A stretch of 58,989 nt of DNA, counting the filler, from Sphacelaria rigidula (taxonomy: Eukaryota): NCBI GenBank assembly GCA_964200075.2. It is 10 parts of 10 records of this genome, joined end to end, with 100 filler letters (N's around TTAATTAATTAA, not from the genome) between each part and the next. Parts side by side here need not be neighbours in the genome. Positions count along the whole stretch, not along the records: positions 1 to 5,809 come from CAXNAA020024288.1; positions 5,910 to 11,718 come from CAXNAA020024289.1; positions 11,819 to 17,627 come from CAXNAA020024290.1; 7 more parts are not named here. One strand, 5' to 3'. The notes beneath the pieces are model-generated. The model saw nothing but the letters and a program-made list of their open reading frames with translations, was not told the DNA's origin and did not search any database. Position 1 is the stretch's first letter. Each line of letters starts with the position of its first letter. Below, one piece after another: positions 1-12,860 of the stretch. A program made the position numbers and the translations under genes.

Positions 1-100
1 TATTATTAGGAGGAGGAACGGTGCCCCGTCTCGAAAGGGATGCGTGGTCAATGGTCACGCGACTAAGGCAAGAAACAAATGAGTACGCCCCCCCCCCCCT
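1..100 (+). mobile_element. 3' terminus of APE-type LINE family ending in C-homopolymer
   Basis: GGAACGGTGC..CGAAAGGGATGCGTGGTCAATGGTC..GACTAAGGCAAG..ACAAATGAGTACG(C)n matches the end of the longer LINE copy at 54835-55570 and the copies at 17728 and 29546. Confidence 0.8.
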
Positions 101-560
101 CCTCACCCCATGTCATCACAATCACAATCGCCGAAGCGCGCGCGGTCTATGGGTTCACAAAAATGGCGCGCTTCAACTTGTTAGTCATCAGTGTTATACC
201 CATGTCGCCATTTTACTGTACCTCTTAGCGTTCGTCCTATGAGCGTCATATTGACATCGGAACACATGGAATACGCTCACACACTTCCTCACCATGTTTC
301 AAGCCGTCGTACGGTGCAAAAGACAGTTGAAACGACGACAGTTGGTGACAGACGTTGCACACCCATCGCGAGATTATAATTCAGGTCGCGGATCTTGTCA
401 ACGTGACAAATCCAAGATCGATGTGTACTGCACGTATGAGGGAGGACCGTGACTTCCCTTCCCGGCACGGGGAGCTTGTACGAACACAGACAGCGTAGAT
501 TGTACTGCAACACAGACAGCGTAGATTGTACTGCAACAAAGAAGAAATATATGCACTGCA

Positions 561-1253
561 GCACGGGAACCGTAGGTAAGGTGCTGTACCGAGTGTACCC
601 CCGGTATTTACCGGGTATCCGATACCGTGGTATGCGTGGATATCGTAGGTATGAGTTTTGAAAATACCCGATTGAGCGGGTACGGTAGGTATTGAAATCT
701 CTAAATACCGTGCTATCGTGGATATCATAGGTATGCGTTTTGAAAATACCTGATTGAGCGGGTACGGTAGGTATTGAAATCTCGAAAAACCGCGGTATCG
801 TTCGTATCGTAGGTATCGTAGGTGTGATTTTTGAAAATACCCGATTGGGCGGGTACGATAGGTATTGAAATCTCGAAATACCGTGGTATCGTTGGTATCG
901 TAGGTGTGGTTTTTGAAAATCCCCGATTGAGCGAGTACGGTGGGTACTGGAATCTCGAAATACCGCGATATCTTGGGTATCGTAGGTATGAGTTTTGAAA
1001 ATCCCCGGTTGGGCGGGTACGGTAGGTATTGAAATATCGAAATACCGCGGTATCGTGGGCATCGTAGGTATGAGCTTTGAAAATATCCGATCGAGCGGGT
1101 GCGGGTAGGTATTGGCATCTATCTCAAGATACCGTGGGATCGTGTGCATCGCAGGTATGACATTTGAAAATACCCGATTGGACCGGTATCGGTAGGGTAT
1201 GAGATGTCCCAAATACCGGTACCGGGTACCTACCTTACCTACGATCCCTGTGC
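561..1253. mobile_element. Non-autonomous TIR element (hAT-like) filled with an ~82-bp tandem array
   Basis: Terminal inverted repeats GCACGGGAACCGTAGGTAAGG (561-581) and CCTTACCTACGATCCCTGTGC (1233-1253) match at 18/21. The TGAAAAT core recurs at 659, 741, 832, 914, 996, 1078 and 1165. No clear TSD. Confidence 0.75.
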
Positions 1254-1659
1254 ATGATTACAGCATGTTTTCCCTGGGTTCATCATATCTTGATCTAAAT
1301 TATTATGAAAACGATTGTTCATGTTCCGAACGTCACCCCCATCTCGCTGACTGATCCTATCTCCGAGCATAAACCTCCTGCGTCAGATCTACGGAAAATA
1401 CACCGCACGTTGTATAGGGAAGTTTGACCTTTTCCGTTTCCCCACTGTACCATGGGAGCCCCATCACGGTACCTTTGAGTCGTGGACGAAAGGTGGGACA
1501 ATGATGTCATTTCTCGCAGCTCTTACAGAGGTGGGAAATCGCCACACAATCCATGTGTCGACGGCACCGCTTTTGGCACAGATAAAGATTGGACGCGCAG
1601 AGCCACCTCGCGCAGATGGTCACTGGTACACGTTATTCACACTCACTGCCGTTTCACCA

Positions 1660-1930
1660 CGGTGGTGTGAATTAAAATTGTCCGACTGTCATCATTTCGG
1701 TGGGGAGGACATGGGTTCGAATCCCAATGCGTTGGGTGTTTTCTTGGAAGTATCTGGTTTCCATCGTCGTGAGCGAGAGTGCGCGAGTAAACAAAAAGTA
1801 TTTGACTGTGACGGAGTTTGTTTGACGAGAGTTGACGCGGTGCGCTGACCCAAGCCGCGAGACCAAAATTCAAGGCGTGTACCGGGTAGAGATGGGCTGA
1901 TCCCTTGAGACTGCAGTGGAGTACGGACTC
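1660..1930 (+). mobile_element. Putative tRNA-derived SINE
   Basis: Degenerate A-box (GGTGGTGTGAATT) followed by a B-box (GGTTCGAATCCC, ~1714-1725), without a complete cloverleaf; non-coding body downstream. Confidence 0.4.
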
Positions 1931-2449
1931 GTCCCGAGGCAGTAAGAGAAGGGTTTCAAAGTGCGACAAATGAAGACAGAATAAAAATAAATAGTACCCA
2001 ACGTCCCCAGGTCGCACAAGCAGATTGACAATGGAGATGCAACGTGGATCTGTGTGTAGCACAACGATGTGATGATAGCCGAAGAACGGAGCCGTTCGCG
2101 CCGCGCGATGGCTTGAAAGCTGGCAAAGAAGTGTGTAAGCGTGTCCACGGGTTGCGATGTCTCTTGGACGCTCATGGGACGAACGCTGAGAGGAACTGTA
2201 AAATGGCGCCATGGAAATAAATATCTCCATGGCGCGACATGAAATAACTACTCCCATGTCGCGGTACAGCGGACCTAATGGGTTGAGCGGATGTGACCAA
2301 CTCCAGCTGTTCACGCGTTAATCACGAGATACACTGAGCCCACCACCTCGGGCCGTCGTTCTCATTCAACCCATTGATCATGCGCTCGGTAATGTATCAA
2401 TCGGTCACGAACTGAAGCGGCATTGTTTCGTTCTGGACGAATGCATCAG

Positions 2450-2677
2450 GAGGAGGTGATGGATATGAAGAATGTGGAAACTGAAGAGTGGGCAGGAAAG
2501 GCAATCGAGGACGAGGTGGACTTGGAGCACTCAGGTTCGAGAGAGGACCAGGAGGAGTCGATGATCGTCATTGAGGGGGGAGATGAGGATGCCCTGCCCG
2601 CCCAAGAGCTCATATCAAGGCTTGCCGAGGCCCTTGAGTTCAAAGACACGTCTTTGGTTGGCAGTGTGCCAACCAAG
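2450..2677 (+). CDS. Exon (acidic) of uncharacterised coiled-coil/low-complexity protein
   Basis: CAG|GAG acceptor and AAG|GTGACT donor; 228 nt, phase 0; EEVMDMKNVETEEW...GSVPTK. Confidence 0.6.
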
Positions 2678-3112
2678 GTGACTGAGAGTGTTGCGGGGTT
2701 CCCGCTTTTTGCCAAGGCTTAAATTTGCAAGGTTTTCCCTGCCATGGTCTGTTTGCCCCCCTTGCTGTGGGCGGGTGTTGCATTTGTCCTGTGCCGAGCA
2801 CTCGTGTTTGTGTAGAGTGTGGTACTATTTGATTGGTGCAATCATTGTATTGCTGTAGGAATAAATATCGAGGTGCTTGCAGTCGCGACCGCTGCGGATG
2901 GGGGGCAAGCGCGGAGTGATGTAGGCACGGGGCCTCCCTGTTGGGCGTGATTGCGATGTTGTTGGCGTGCAGGTGTAGGAGGGTGCATGCTGTGCGCATC
3001 CGTGTACCGTAATGGGTGCTTCCTCGACTATGGTGGCGATCTAACTTGAATGTCATGCATGTAACGTGTTGTGCGGTGTACGCGCTCGCTCCGTTGCACA
3101 CGTGTTTGTCAG

Positions 3113-3187
3113 GACTTTGGCTTGCGGGCTATGGGCGAAATGTTCATCCACCAGACCTACGCCGTGATTGAGCGCCAGGAGCAGCAG
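3113..3187 (+). CDS. Exon of the same coiled-coil protein
   Basis: TGTCAG|GAC acceptor and CAG|GTGAAG donor; 75 nt, phase 0; DFGLRAMGEMFIHQTYAVIERQEQQ, in frame with both neighbouring exons. Confidence 0.65.
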
Positions 3188-3378
3188 GTGAAGCGCGTTT
3201 CTGGTGACGGTACCAACTGGCTTGTACCGCTTGTACTTTCTCTTCCCTCTCCTCTCCCCGTTTTTCTTCTTTTCGTTTTTCATTTTGCTTCCGTGTCAAG
3301 ACTTTGTGCAGATGTACGCATGCTGTGTGTGTCGTATGTGAACCTTCTTGGCACCTTCGTCGCTTGTCTGCTGTCCAG

Positions 3379-4530
3379 CAGACGTCTCTTCTAGCAAAGT
3401 GCAAAGTCGCGCTAGAGCGGGAAGAAGCCCACAACGTTGTCGCTGGACAGATCAGCGTTGCGTTACGCCTGAGGGTCATGGATCTCGAGGACGAACTAGA
3501 GGCAGCCAAAACAGAGATCGCGGCTGCAAAGGCAGCACAAGAGGTCCAACATGGTTTGTCCACTTCGGCCGACGCGGCGAGGCGACGAATCGTCCGCCTT
3601 CAGTTGGAGAACGAGGAGCTCAGGCAGCAGCTGGCGGCTGCAACCGCCGGAACAAGCAGCCTGCCCTCGGAATCGCAATCGCCCCATACACCCTCGCTTG
3701 CGGTAAGCTCTGTCGTGACTCCTAAGATGTCCAAGCCTTCCTCCCCAAAGGGGTTTTCGGCCGTGAGAATAGCTATGGGTTATTCGCCCATATCTGCGCC
3801 TCCGGGTAGCCCCAAGAGCAGCAGGCTGTCGCTGTGCGCCCTGGACACGAACGCCTCGTTGCCGACCACCAACACCAACACCAACACCACCAGCAAGAAG
3901 GAGGGCGATGCCATCCGCGTGTGCGACAGCAACATCGTCAACGCCACCAATGTCCCAATTGCCACGAACGCCTCGACGGCTACCATCGCCAGCAACGGCA
4001 ACGGCAACAGCCACCCGACGCCTAGCAGCACGGTGACCTCTGCCGCTGCAACGACCGGCTCGACCGGCTCGACCGGCTCGACCGCTACTATCAGCAACAG
4101 CAACAACACCAACCGTACGAAGCTTAAGAGCACGATGACCTCCACCACTGCAACTATCGCCTCGACCGCAACCAGCGGCAGCAACAGCAACAACAGCAGC
4201 AGGAACAACACGAAGCGCAGCAGCACGATCACCTGCGCCACCGCCTCCACCGCCACCACCAAGAGAAGCAGCGGCAACAACAACATGCACCACGCGAAGC
4301 GCAGCAGCACGACCACCTGCGCCACCGCCACTACCGCCTCGACCGTCACCAGCAAGAGGAGCAGCAACAGCAACAGCAACAGGAAGGATGGCAACACGGC
4401 TACCTGCACTACCGCCTCGACTGCCACCACCAAGAGAAGCAGCGGCAACAGCAACATGCACCACGCGAAGCGCAGCAGCACGACCACCTGCGCCACCGCC
4501 ACAATCGCCTCGACCGTTACCAGGAAGAGG

Positions 4531-4578
<48 letters not shown>

Positions 4579-4953
4579 AAAGATGGCAACACGGCTACCT
4601 GCACCACCGCCTCGACTTTTACCAGCAAGAGGATCGGCAACAGCGACAGTGGCAAGAAGGGTGGCAACAGCATCCGCCTCAACACGAACACTAGCAGCAG
4701 CAGTAACAGCCAGAACAAGAACAAAGCGGAGTCCCGCTGCAGGGTTAGAGGGATGAGCGAGAAGGGGGCATCCGTGGGCGGCGCGGAAGGCCCCCGTGTG
4801 GGATTTAGGGTAGTGTCTGCCACTGCGGCGAGCACGGCTAGAGCCGCCATCAGGTACAGCGTGTTTTACAGTGTTCCGAGGGTGCGGGGAATGGGCACTG
4901 ACAATACATCTGATGTACAATCTACCCCCAATAAGGGAGCATGTTGTGAATAG
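3379..4953 (+). CDS. Large (probably terminal) exon: coiled coil followed by S/T/N-rich repetitive tail
   Basis: NAGNAG acceptor (CCAG|CAG|ACG at 3378/3381); heptad-like LRVMDLEDELEAAKTEI...LQLENEELRQQL; GC3-rich codons; open to TAG at 4951-4953. The true end could be an earlier donor. Confidence 0.7.
4200..4635 (+). repeat. In-frame internal tandem duplication (~180-200 bp) plus (AGCAAC)n
   Basis: KRSSGNxNMHHAKRSSTTTCATAT..NRKDGNTATCTTAST occurs twice; (AGCAAC)n expansion at ~4534-4575. Confidence 0.85.
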
Positions 4954-5752
4954 GCTCTTCGCATATGGTAAAAGCGAGCTCTATAATACTTTATACAGAG
5001 TTTCCGCGAAGTGACAGTCTGCACAAATGCGCTCTAGTACAAAACGGTGTACAATGCAGTAGTGGGATAATCGCCGCCAGACAATGCCCAGGGGCGGTCA
5101 TAAGGGGTGGCTCATGGCTGATATGTTACTGGTAAACTCGCGCTGTCGATGCATATATGGGTATTGTCAAGTACTCGTCTTTTACTTTGGGAAACCTGCG
5201 TCGTTTAGTCCTCAAAGGGCGCACTGTATGGTCGGTTAGCGTCACCAGTATTGCCATCCCTGGAAGTGGGTGTGTTTGTGTTTGGTTCCCTCCATGATAT
5301 CGCCCTCTCCAGGTATGTCTTCGCTACGCTGAATTGCTGCCGGCAAAATGTCGATGTCGATGTCGACATCCAGTTGATTACGTTCTTGCTTCGTCATGAA
5401 TATGGTTTGGTGAGGTCAGGACTTAGCGTTGAGCCCATGGAAGCGTGGCGCATCACCTACTAGCTTTTGTTCATGCCCGCTCTCACCGCAGAAACAGGAG
5501 AGGTGTCGTATCATGAATGTTTCGAATATCGTTCCACGTATGCGTGCAATTATCAACAGCCCTGGCGCTCAGCTCTTGTCCTCCTCGTGTAGCTCCCCCG
5601 CTTGAAAAGGTAATTCTGCATCAAGGCTGCAAAATAGCAGTCGTTTTCATTTCCTTCCTCGTTCTGCAGAATTCCGTTCCGCTGCAACGCTGCAAGGAGT
5701 CCAAAACAGTTGTGTTTGATTGGGCTAGTGATTCTGAGGCATATTATGTTTG

Positions 5753-5809
5753 GAGTCATCCTACGATAGGGGGGGGGGGTATTTGGTTGCACGAAAAAAG
5801 AGGCTCAGA
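5753..5809. mobile_element. Truncated terminus of the MITE family seen complete at 31288-31538
   Basis: GAGTCATCCTACGATAG(G)nTATTTGGTTG matches that element's TIR; cut by the contig end. Confidence 0.7.
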
Positions 5810-5909
5810 NNNNNNNNNNNNNNNNNNNNNNNNNNNNNNNNNNNNNNNNNNNNTTAATTAATTAANNNNNNNNNNNNNNNNNNNNNNNNNNNNNNNNNNN
5901 NNNNNNNNN
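5810..5909. other. Artificial contig linker (first of nine; others at 11719-11818, 17628-17727, 23537-23636, 29446-29545, 35355-35454, 41264-41363, 47173-47272, 53082-53181)
   Basis: Identical N44-TTAATTAATTAA-N44 spacer (stops in all six frames) recurs every 5909 bp, separating contigs of 5808-5809 bp. Confidence 0.98.
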
Positions 5910-7011
5910 GAGCGTCGTGACGGTGTCCCCTATATCTGTTGTAGAAAAGCTCAGATCGCCCTCAAACTCGGCAGTTCCGTAGGTATTGATGCTCGAAATG
6001 GAAAAAATTGTGTTCTTGATAATATATAATGTTTTTTCTATTCTCTACCGGCTTCTGGGGGTCCCAGTCTGAAGACCCCCGGAAGGCGGTACAGAATGCC
6101 CTAGAAAACACGTAATAAAATGACGCGTCCCGGGAGAGTCCAAAGAACGCATGTACAAAGTTTGGTGGAGAAACTCGAAAACGTCAAAGAGTTTTTCTTG
6201 CCTTGACGTCAAATTCACCCCAAAAGACGTTTCGATACTAAAACCAAGTAGTTAGGAGCACGTTCCAAGCCCACGTCCTCCACAAACGCGCAAACTTTCA
6301 CGCTGTCATTGGGAGTTAGGTCCTCAAACTTCGTATAAATTTGCTATGTATCATTACGCAACTTTTTACGGACGATGTTGTTTTACCTCTTGAGTGTTTC
6401 ATCGTTTTTCGGGGGTCCGACGGGATCGAAGTCGTTTTTCGAAGTAGTCTCCATTCTGGGACCCCAGAAAAACGGCACTACGATATTGTTTTCAATTTTC
6501 AGCGAACTATCTGCCTCCGCATAACCCAAGGATGGGCTCCACAACTTTTCGTCGCAAAACTCGATGAACCGATGCTTGAATTTCCATGTTCACGTCAACG
6601 AAGGCCCCAAAACGCCGTTTTGGTACTAAAATCAAGTAGTTTGCGGTTTCACCGCGGCACGGCAAAGTTCATCGCACAGAAGCGAAAAACCTCACGCCGT
6701 TTTAAGGAGCTGGACCCTGCAATTTTGTACAACTGTGCTTTGGGTCATTACGCAACTTTGGATGGACGAGGTTTATCGACTTTTTTCTTCTATACCGTTT
6801 CACGGGGGTTCGATTGGATCGATGTTTCCCGGGAAAAAACTGGGACCCCCGAAAAACAGTGAAAACAGTCAAAAAGTCGAAAAATCTCCACCTTCGAAAG
6901 TTGCGTAATGCCACACACAACATCTGTGCAAAATTTCAGGGTCTAACTCCTTAAAACGGCGTGAGGTTTTGCCGATGAGTGTTTTTTGGGTGATCAACGT
7001 GAACCAGCCTG

Positions 7012-8583
7012 TACGCACCCCTTTACTTCATCTCTGGCAAACTCTCTGCAATTATTTTGAGCCATCCTGTTTTCATGTCTGAACATTTGCCTCTGCTGAC
7101 GCGTTGATTTCTTTTTCGAATTTCGTGTCGAACTTCGTGCCGAACTTCGTGTCAAGTTTTGGTGTTCCTAATTTACGGTAGTGGTCGACTAGCACTTCTC
7201 GCTTCCCCATCGAACTAACCATTTTCCCGTTCTGTGCCCGTAGTGTGGCCATCCCGTTGTCCATCTTTCCTGCCTGGTTTCCCATGATCCCTTCTGTCCC
7301 TACCCACATTTGTTTCATCCCGCTATCGAAATCTCCATTTGTTTTTTCCACTACATCTCCCCATACTTTCTGCTTTTTCTGCTGTGCCACCTATTTTACT
7401 TCCTTTGGACCCTTAGTATACTCCTCCCATCCTGCCGTAGTTTCACTCTATATGCACCTTGCGTGGGCCTCTCTCCTTACCTTTGTAGCCTCTTTACTCC
7501 CTCATCTCACCATTTTACTGCTCTGTTGCATACAATCAGCTTCCTCCTTATAGCTGTACTCGCCGTGTTCTTGACCAACTGCCACAGTCCTTCTATAATC
7601 TATAATCTTCGCTCCTGCCCGATTTTTGTCCATTTCGGTATCAACTGTGCCTACGCGTAGCAACAGCTCGGAAAATTCCACTACATTTTTGGCCATTTCT
7701 TCGTGGAACTCCTGCTGCTTTTCATCCATTTCTAGTTTATCGATTCTCCATTTATGCAACTGCCTACCCCGCCTTGTCTTTTACTCGTAGCTCTCGTCTG
7801 TTGGCCTTCTGTTGATGTTAGACAGTCGTCTGTAGTTCCCACGTCCTCCGCACACACATGTACTCCCATTTCTTGATTTACGATTTCCATGCTTTACAAA
7901 TATATAGTCAAGAGCGGAGTGTTCTCTCTGGTCTTTGCATTTTCTAGCTCATGTCCATTGCGCCTCTGGCTTTTGTCCTGTATCGTTCAGCGCCGTCATC
8001 TCGTTATTCTCAAGAAACTTGAGCATTTCTACCCCATTCGTGTTCTTATCTTCCCCGTATTGCCCAACGATATCATTCGGCTGACCTGCGTTTCCAACTC
8101 TTGCATTAAAATCTACCACTAACATTACTTCTCGCCAATTATTCTCATGTACATCTGCTGCTATCTCTCCAATCCTCCCCGGTATAGCGTCCACCCTACT
8201 CTTCGATCCTGGGAGCATACAGATGTTCCCTACGAAGAAGTCCCTTGTCCCCGCTCTCCTGGTACCCTTACCCATATGCTCTCGTCGAACTCCGTGCCTT
8301 TCATTGCTTGTATGATGTCACACAGGTGTTCCTTGACTAAGAATCCTATTCCACCCTCTCCTCTTCTCTCGAAACCCTTCCGCTTTTCCCCTATCCATGC
8401 TTACTCTTCAACTTTGCATCCTATTTGCACCCCCTCTTTCCCCCATGACTCTTGGATTCTCACTTTATCTAGGTCGCGGTTACTCACCCGTTGGGCTATC
8501 TCGATTCTTTTGTGCTTGTATGTGGTGAACGCACACACGTTCCACGATCCCCTTCTCAACCTCCTTTCCGAATCATGATCCAC
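7012..8583 (-). pseudogene. Degenerate LINE ORF2 5' half: APE endonuclease plus linker (RT missing)
   Basis: Fragments GSWNV...IQESW (8401-8583), GEGGIGFLVK, VDFNARVG..NGVEMLKFL..ALND (7949-8275), HKWRIDKL, HYRKLG, EFARDEVKGC. Multiple frameshifts and stops. Purine-rich ORF1-like remnant at ~8590-9070. Confidence 0.85.
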
Positions 8584-11500
8584 TCTTCTTTAGTCTACTT
8601 TCCTCTCTCCGCCGTTTTGATTTCTATTCTCCCTTGCTTGATTATTTTTCCCCTTGACTGTTCGGTCTTTGTCTATTTGCTTCTGGCCGCCATGTCCCCT
8701 CCCCTTCTCCTTCCAGGCACTTACCTGTTCATGCCTCTCTTTCCCTCCGTTTATCCGTACACTGCGTCTTAGGTTTGCCGTTCCATGAGCAATGCATACC
8801 CTTCATCCTACCTTTCGAACCCATATCGACACCGTACTTGTATTTATCCTTTCCCACTCCTTGCTCGCGCTCTGTTTTACCGTGACGCAGAAGTGGTTTT
8901 CCTCTCTTTTCTACTTTTCCCCTTACGAAACAGTATAGTCCAACTTCATCGCATTCCTTTGAAACTCTATCCTCGTCATATCGCTAGTACGTGTCCCGTC
9001 CACTCCCCACTTCTCCATCCGCCCTCCCTCACCATTTCTCTCGATTTCCTCCAAGGGAATCTCCAGCTTGTTCGTTTCAAGGGTTGTGGTGCGATATAGT
9101 CAACGTACTGGAACATCCCAATCCTTGTACTTGTTGGGGGTCTGGTGCTTTTCAGTTCTTTTGTTGGCTCACCGACACTAAACAATGCCTCCAACATGGG
9201 CTCGCAGCCTGAAGCCAAGTCCATTGCCTTTGACACAAGTACCCCACGTTTGTGCCAGGCGATCGTCGTGGTAAACCATCCAGGCGTACCACGATCGTAT
9301 CTTCTATTTTCTTGCTCCACTGCTGTACTTGCTACTTTCCTCCAGGAAGGTAATTTCCACCATGTAAGGTTCAAGGACGGCTCGCATAACACAAGGTCTT
9401 ACACATCGAGATGTCCCGTACATCACTTCTTCCCACTCCGTGTGCGGTTCACCATGAGTCGCTACTTCAGTAATGCGTCCGCGTAGACCTTCGCTGCTGT
9501 AAGCTTGGTCAGCGATTCCCCCACTGCTGACCGCAATACACATGAACGCCACTGTTTTTCAATTCTGAACTTTGCGCGGGTGATGTGTTTCGGTGCCTCC
9601 GAAGTGTTTCCGAACCAAATTGGGCTATTCGTTGATCGGTACCCGTTCAGATCTTGACACACTCATTTTCCCATCGCTCAGCACACGGGATATGACAAGC
9701 TTGTTTCAGACCGGTCTGGTTCAGGGTGTCGGTTGTCGTCACACGGGCCCCACAAGCCCGTAGAGTTTTCGCGAACCGGTCGTTAAACGTTCTTGGAGAA
9801 GCTCTTTCGAGGGTTCGCTGCCTTCTGTTCCAGGCTTTCGGCCTGTGACAGTTCCACCACTGTTTGAAGGATGGCCATGGTGTAGGCATAGATGACTCTA
9901 GGCGGTCGGGTAGGGGCTAAAACGAATTCCCATCTGCTTATTTTTTAATTTTGTGTGGCCAATATGATTTCAGGGCGAGACTGTAAGGCATATTCTCCCT
10001 CTATGATCAAAGCGCAAAGAACGACCGAGGTTGCCCTCCATTCCCCAACTCTCAGCACCACGAGCTTCCCCTCCGGCAGCAATACCTTGTGAGAGAATAC
10101 CATCATCGCTGGGATCCCATACGCATTATTTGTGTGTAACGTATAGTGCTCGTCCTGTTCAGTTGGCTCTGGGGGTAGGAAGAGATTTCCCGCGAACCTT
10201 AAGCACAAAATAGAAGCACCACCCAACCGCAGCCGCACGCGCCGCCTGGAGCACATACAGTCTTTACCAAACACGCCACGTCGTTCAGCTAGCTGCATGT
10301 CGAATTTGTCAAAATTAGCGGGACTACACGCGTACTACTGCTGGGGGCTATCACCGCTGCTGTACAGGTTCAAATTCTGTTATCCTGAGATGACAATGTG
10401 CTGAAGATCCTGGATTATTCACGGACACCTGTGATCCGCGGCGTAGAGCTGGCAACTACCTTTCCCGAGTACGCGATGTCTCTACACCAAGAAAAAACTG
10501 TTCGTCACCCAGCATCAAGGTCCCCCCAACCTGGCGGACAACTGACGTCTTGGCGCAGGAAGGGTTCATGATGATCATTCTGTAAATATGTATATGTGTA
10601 GATATCGACAGGTGTGTGTTGGTTACATTGATAATCGGTTGTCGCACATTGTGTACGCATGGCGTTATTTTTGACGTGATACGCACTAACAGTTTTGTAT
10701 TTCGGTCAACAAACCCCTGATGCGATCGATGCATGGCTCTCCCCGTGTGTTCATTTGAATTTGGCAGGTGAGAGATAACTACATCAGCGAGACCGTCGAA
10801 GACCTCGCGGAGGATATGGAAGTTCCTCTACCCGACTTACTCCAGGCGTGCGCCGCGGCAAAGTGAGACGCTGGGGCTGGGTTTTGCGGACACGTACCAC
10901 CCTTGTCTTCTTGTTTGATGTATTTCAGCAACTCTTGTCGGAGATCATCGCCCATTTGTGAGATGAAACATTTGAGTAATTTTATGCACCAGCTCAACGC
11001 CGAATATATATTCCAGGGTACGATGTTTTCGAATACAGTTAGGATGCGGTACCGAACGCCAGTCAAGCTTCCCACGTGTTTGCATTGCCATGTACCCCAG
11101 TTACTCCGATTTTCCAGGGTATTCGGAGTGCCGACTACCGTGCGGTACGCCTAATGCTGACACCCCGAAATACCGTCACCCCTAGTCGTACTGTGCTGGC
11201 CTTTACAGGCTTTCTTCCCTCGTTCCCTGCCGCCCACAAAATGCTTCGTATGTCTTAGAAACGGTGATGTCACTGGTTGTCTTGCATTTTCCGATTCAGC
11301 ATATTGTTTTCGTTTTTTCACGGTGGTTGGGTGTTTCTCTCACCGTATGTGTTGACGCCGTCTAAGCTTTTCCCCGTTTACTAGGAGCTGCATGTGTGTG
11401 CCTCTATGCCTTCACGCCCTCTGACCGCACTGGCAGTCAGTCCATTTTGTTTCATGGTAACCATGCGTTTCGAGCGTCTTCTTTTCAAAGCACGGATAGC

Positions 11501-12608
11501 AAGTGCTCGGTGAACAATAGAAGCACATGAAAAGCATGGCAGAAACTCAACAGTGTTTTACAAGTTGACTCGAGGTCGCCTTCCGACTCAGGTGTCATCC
11601 CAGCACGGTTGATCACCCATGATCGCAGGAAATACCGCCATGTGAAGTGTTTCGTGATCCGAAGGTTTCAAGGGTCGGACAAATAATGATTCGTCTGAAA
11701 ATCACTTGGTTTTAGAATNNNNNNNNNNNNNNNNNNNNNNNNNNNNNNNNNNNNNNNNNNNNTTAATTAATTAANNNNNNNNNNNNNNNNNNNNNNNNNN
11801 NNNNNNNNNNNNNNNNNNCTCAATCACCAAGCGCGAAGCGCCGTGGGGTGATCGGCGAGTCGCATGAAGAGTGAGCTGCATTCTGCTAAGGTTGTTCGGC
11901 TCGAAGCCTACTGATCATCTTGCATTTGGGATGACAGCCTACAATGAGTTGCTATATATTGTGGTATAGCTCCTTCCAGAGACAGCCACGGCTTATACAC
12001 TGCCTCATGGGTGTCTCACCATCTCGGCACTACGCAGTACGATCATCTCCTTCGCGCGGAGTTGAGGTTCCCCCATACCGCACAATATGATCTAGCTCGA
12101 CGACCATCTTGGTTACCGCGAAAAAAAACGCAAGCGCACAAAACAAATCGGTAACATGGTTTTTTAGCTTACGCAGTTAGTGGCGTGTTTCACAACGTCA
12201 TCGCCAACCGACGCCAACCCTATAGGGGGTCCGCCCCTACAAAGTCGGGGCACGCCGGGTTCTAGCCGGAGCAGGGAGGGGTCGGTGGAGTCACGATCCC
12301 ACATGGCTCATGCGATGAACCCCGTGGTTCCCACGCTCGAGCATTCTCCTTTTTCGAGGTTTGAAACCAGCACGCGTCGAGCCATGGACAAGAAACATCT
12401 CGTAAGTACCGAAGTACGGCGAGCAAAGGTGTTCAGGACTCCCGCTTTGAAATTTTTCGTTACCCGAGTCCTTGACCCAGAAGGGGAAGGTAAGGGGGGT
12501 GCGATCGTGGGGGTTTTACCACAGCACGGTCAGGTTCACTCGTCACAAATCCGACCCGCTGTACAATTGTACAGTAACATCAAGGAAATGGCACCATCGC
12601 AGTAGCGC

Positions 12609-12699
12609 GGGTCCCAGTACAATGCGGGTGCCAGTATAGTGCGGTCACACGGCACTGGCGACCCACCGCACTGTACTGGGACCCACACTGTACCGGCAC
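12609..12699. repeat. Short inverted/direct repeat cluster (possible element terminus)
   Basis: GGGTCCCAGTACAATGCGG pairs with CCGCACTGTACTGGGACCC; related GTGCCAGTATAGTG / CACTGTACCGGCAC units lie alongside. Confidence 0.7.
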
Positions 12700-12860
12700 A
12701 GTTCAAGATGTAGCTAGTAAGTCATAATCCGGGGGTATTTTTCAGCTCAAGTGATGAACAACGTACATGTGAAAACGCACGGGAGAAAGAAGAAGCCTGG
12801 TTTTTTGCATGCTCAAAGCATGCTTGAAGCAGCGGAAAAATGACACAGATCACCGATACA

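Noticed and set aside
289..1212. Long minus-strand ORFs (307 aa and 245 aa)
   Set aside because: They are translations of the 82-bp tandem array inside a TIR element and show no protein-like features.
1660..1730. Possible tRNA genes here and at ~50255-50322
   Set aside because: Only A/B-box remnants with no complete cloverleaf; better explained as SINE heads.
3496..4920. Antisense ORFs of 474 aa and 356 aa (poly-L/V/A)
   Set aside because: Shadow frames of the low-complexity plus-strand exon.
5854..5865. Recurrent TTAATTAATTAA motif
   Set aside because: Artificial assembly linker, not biological.
9070..9900. Cluster of minus-strand ORF fragments
   Set aside because: Looks like decayed coding DNA, but no recognisable domain.
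10780..11200. Possible piggyBac-like transposase C-terminal relic on the minus strand (LE..WGT..YRIL..NIY..RQELL)
   Set aside because: Too degenerate; no catalytic motifs, TIRs or TTAA TSD could be confirmed by eye.
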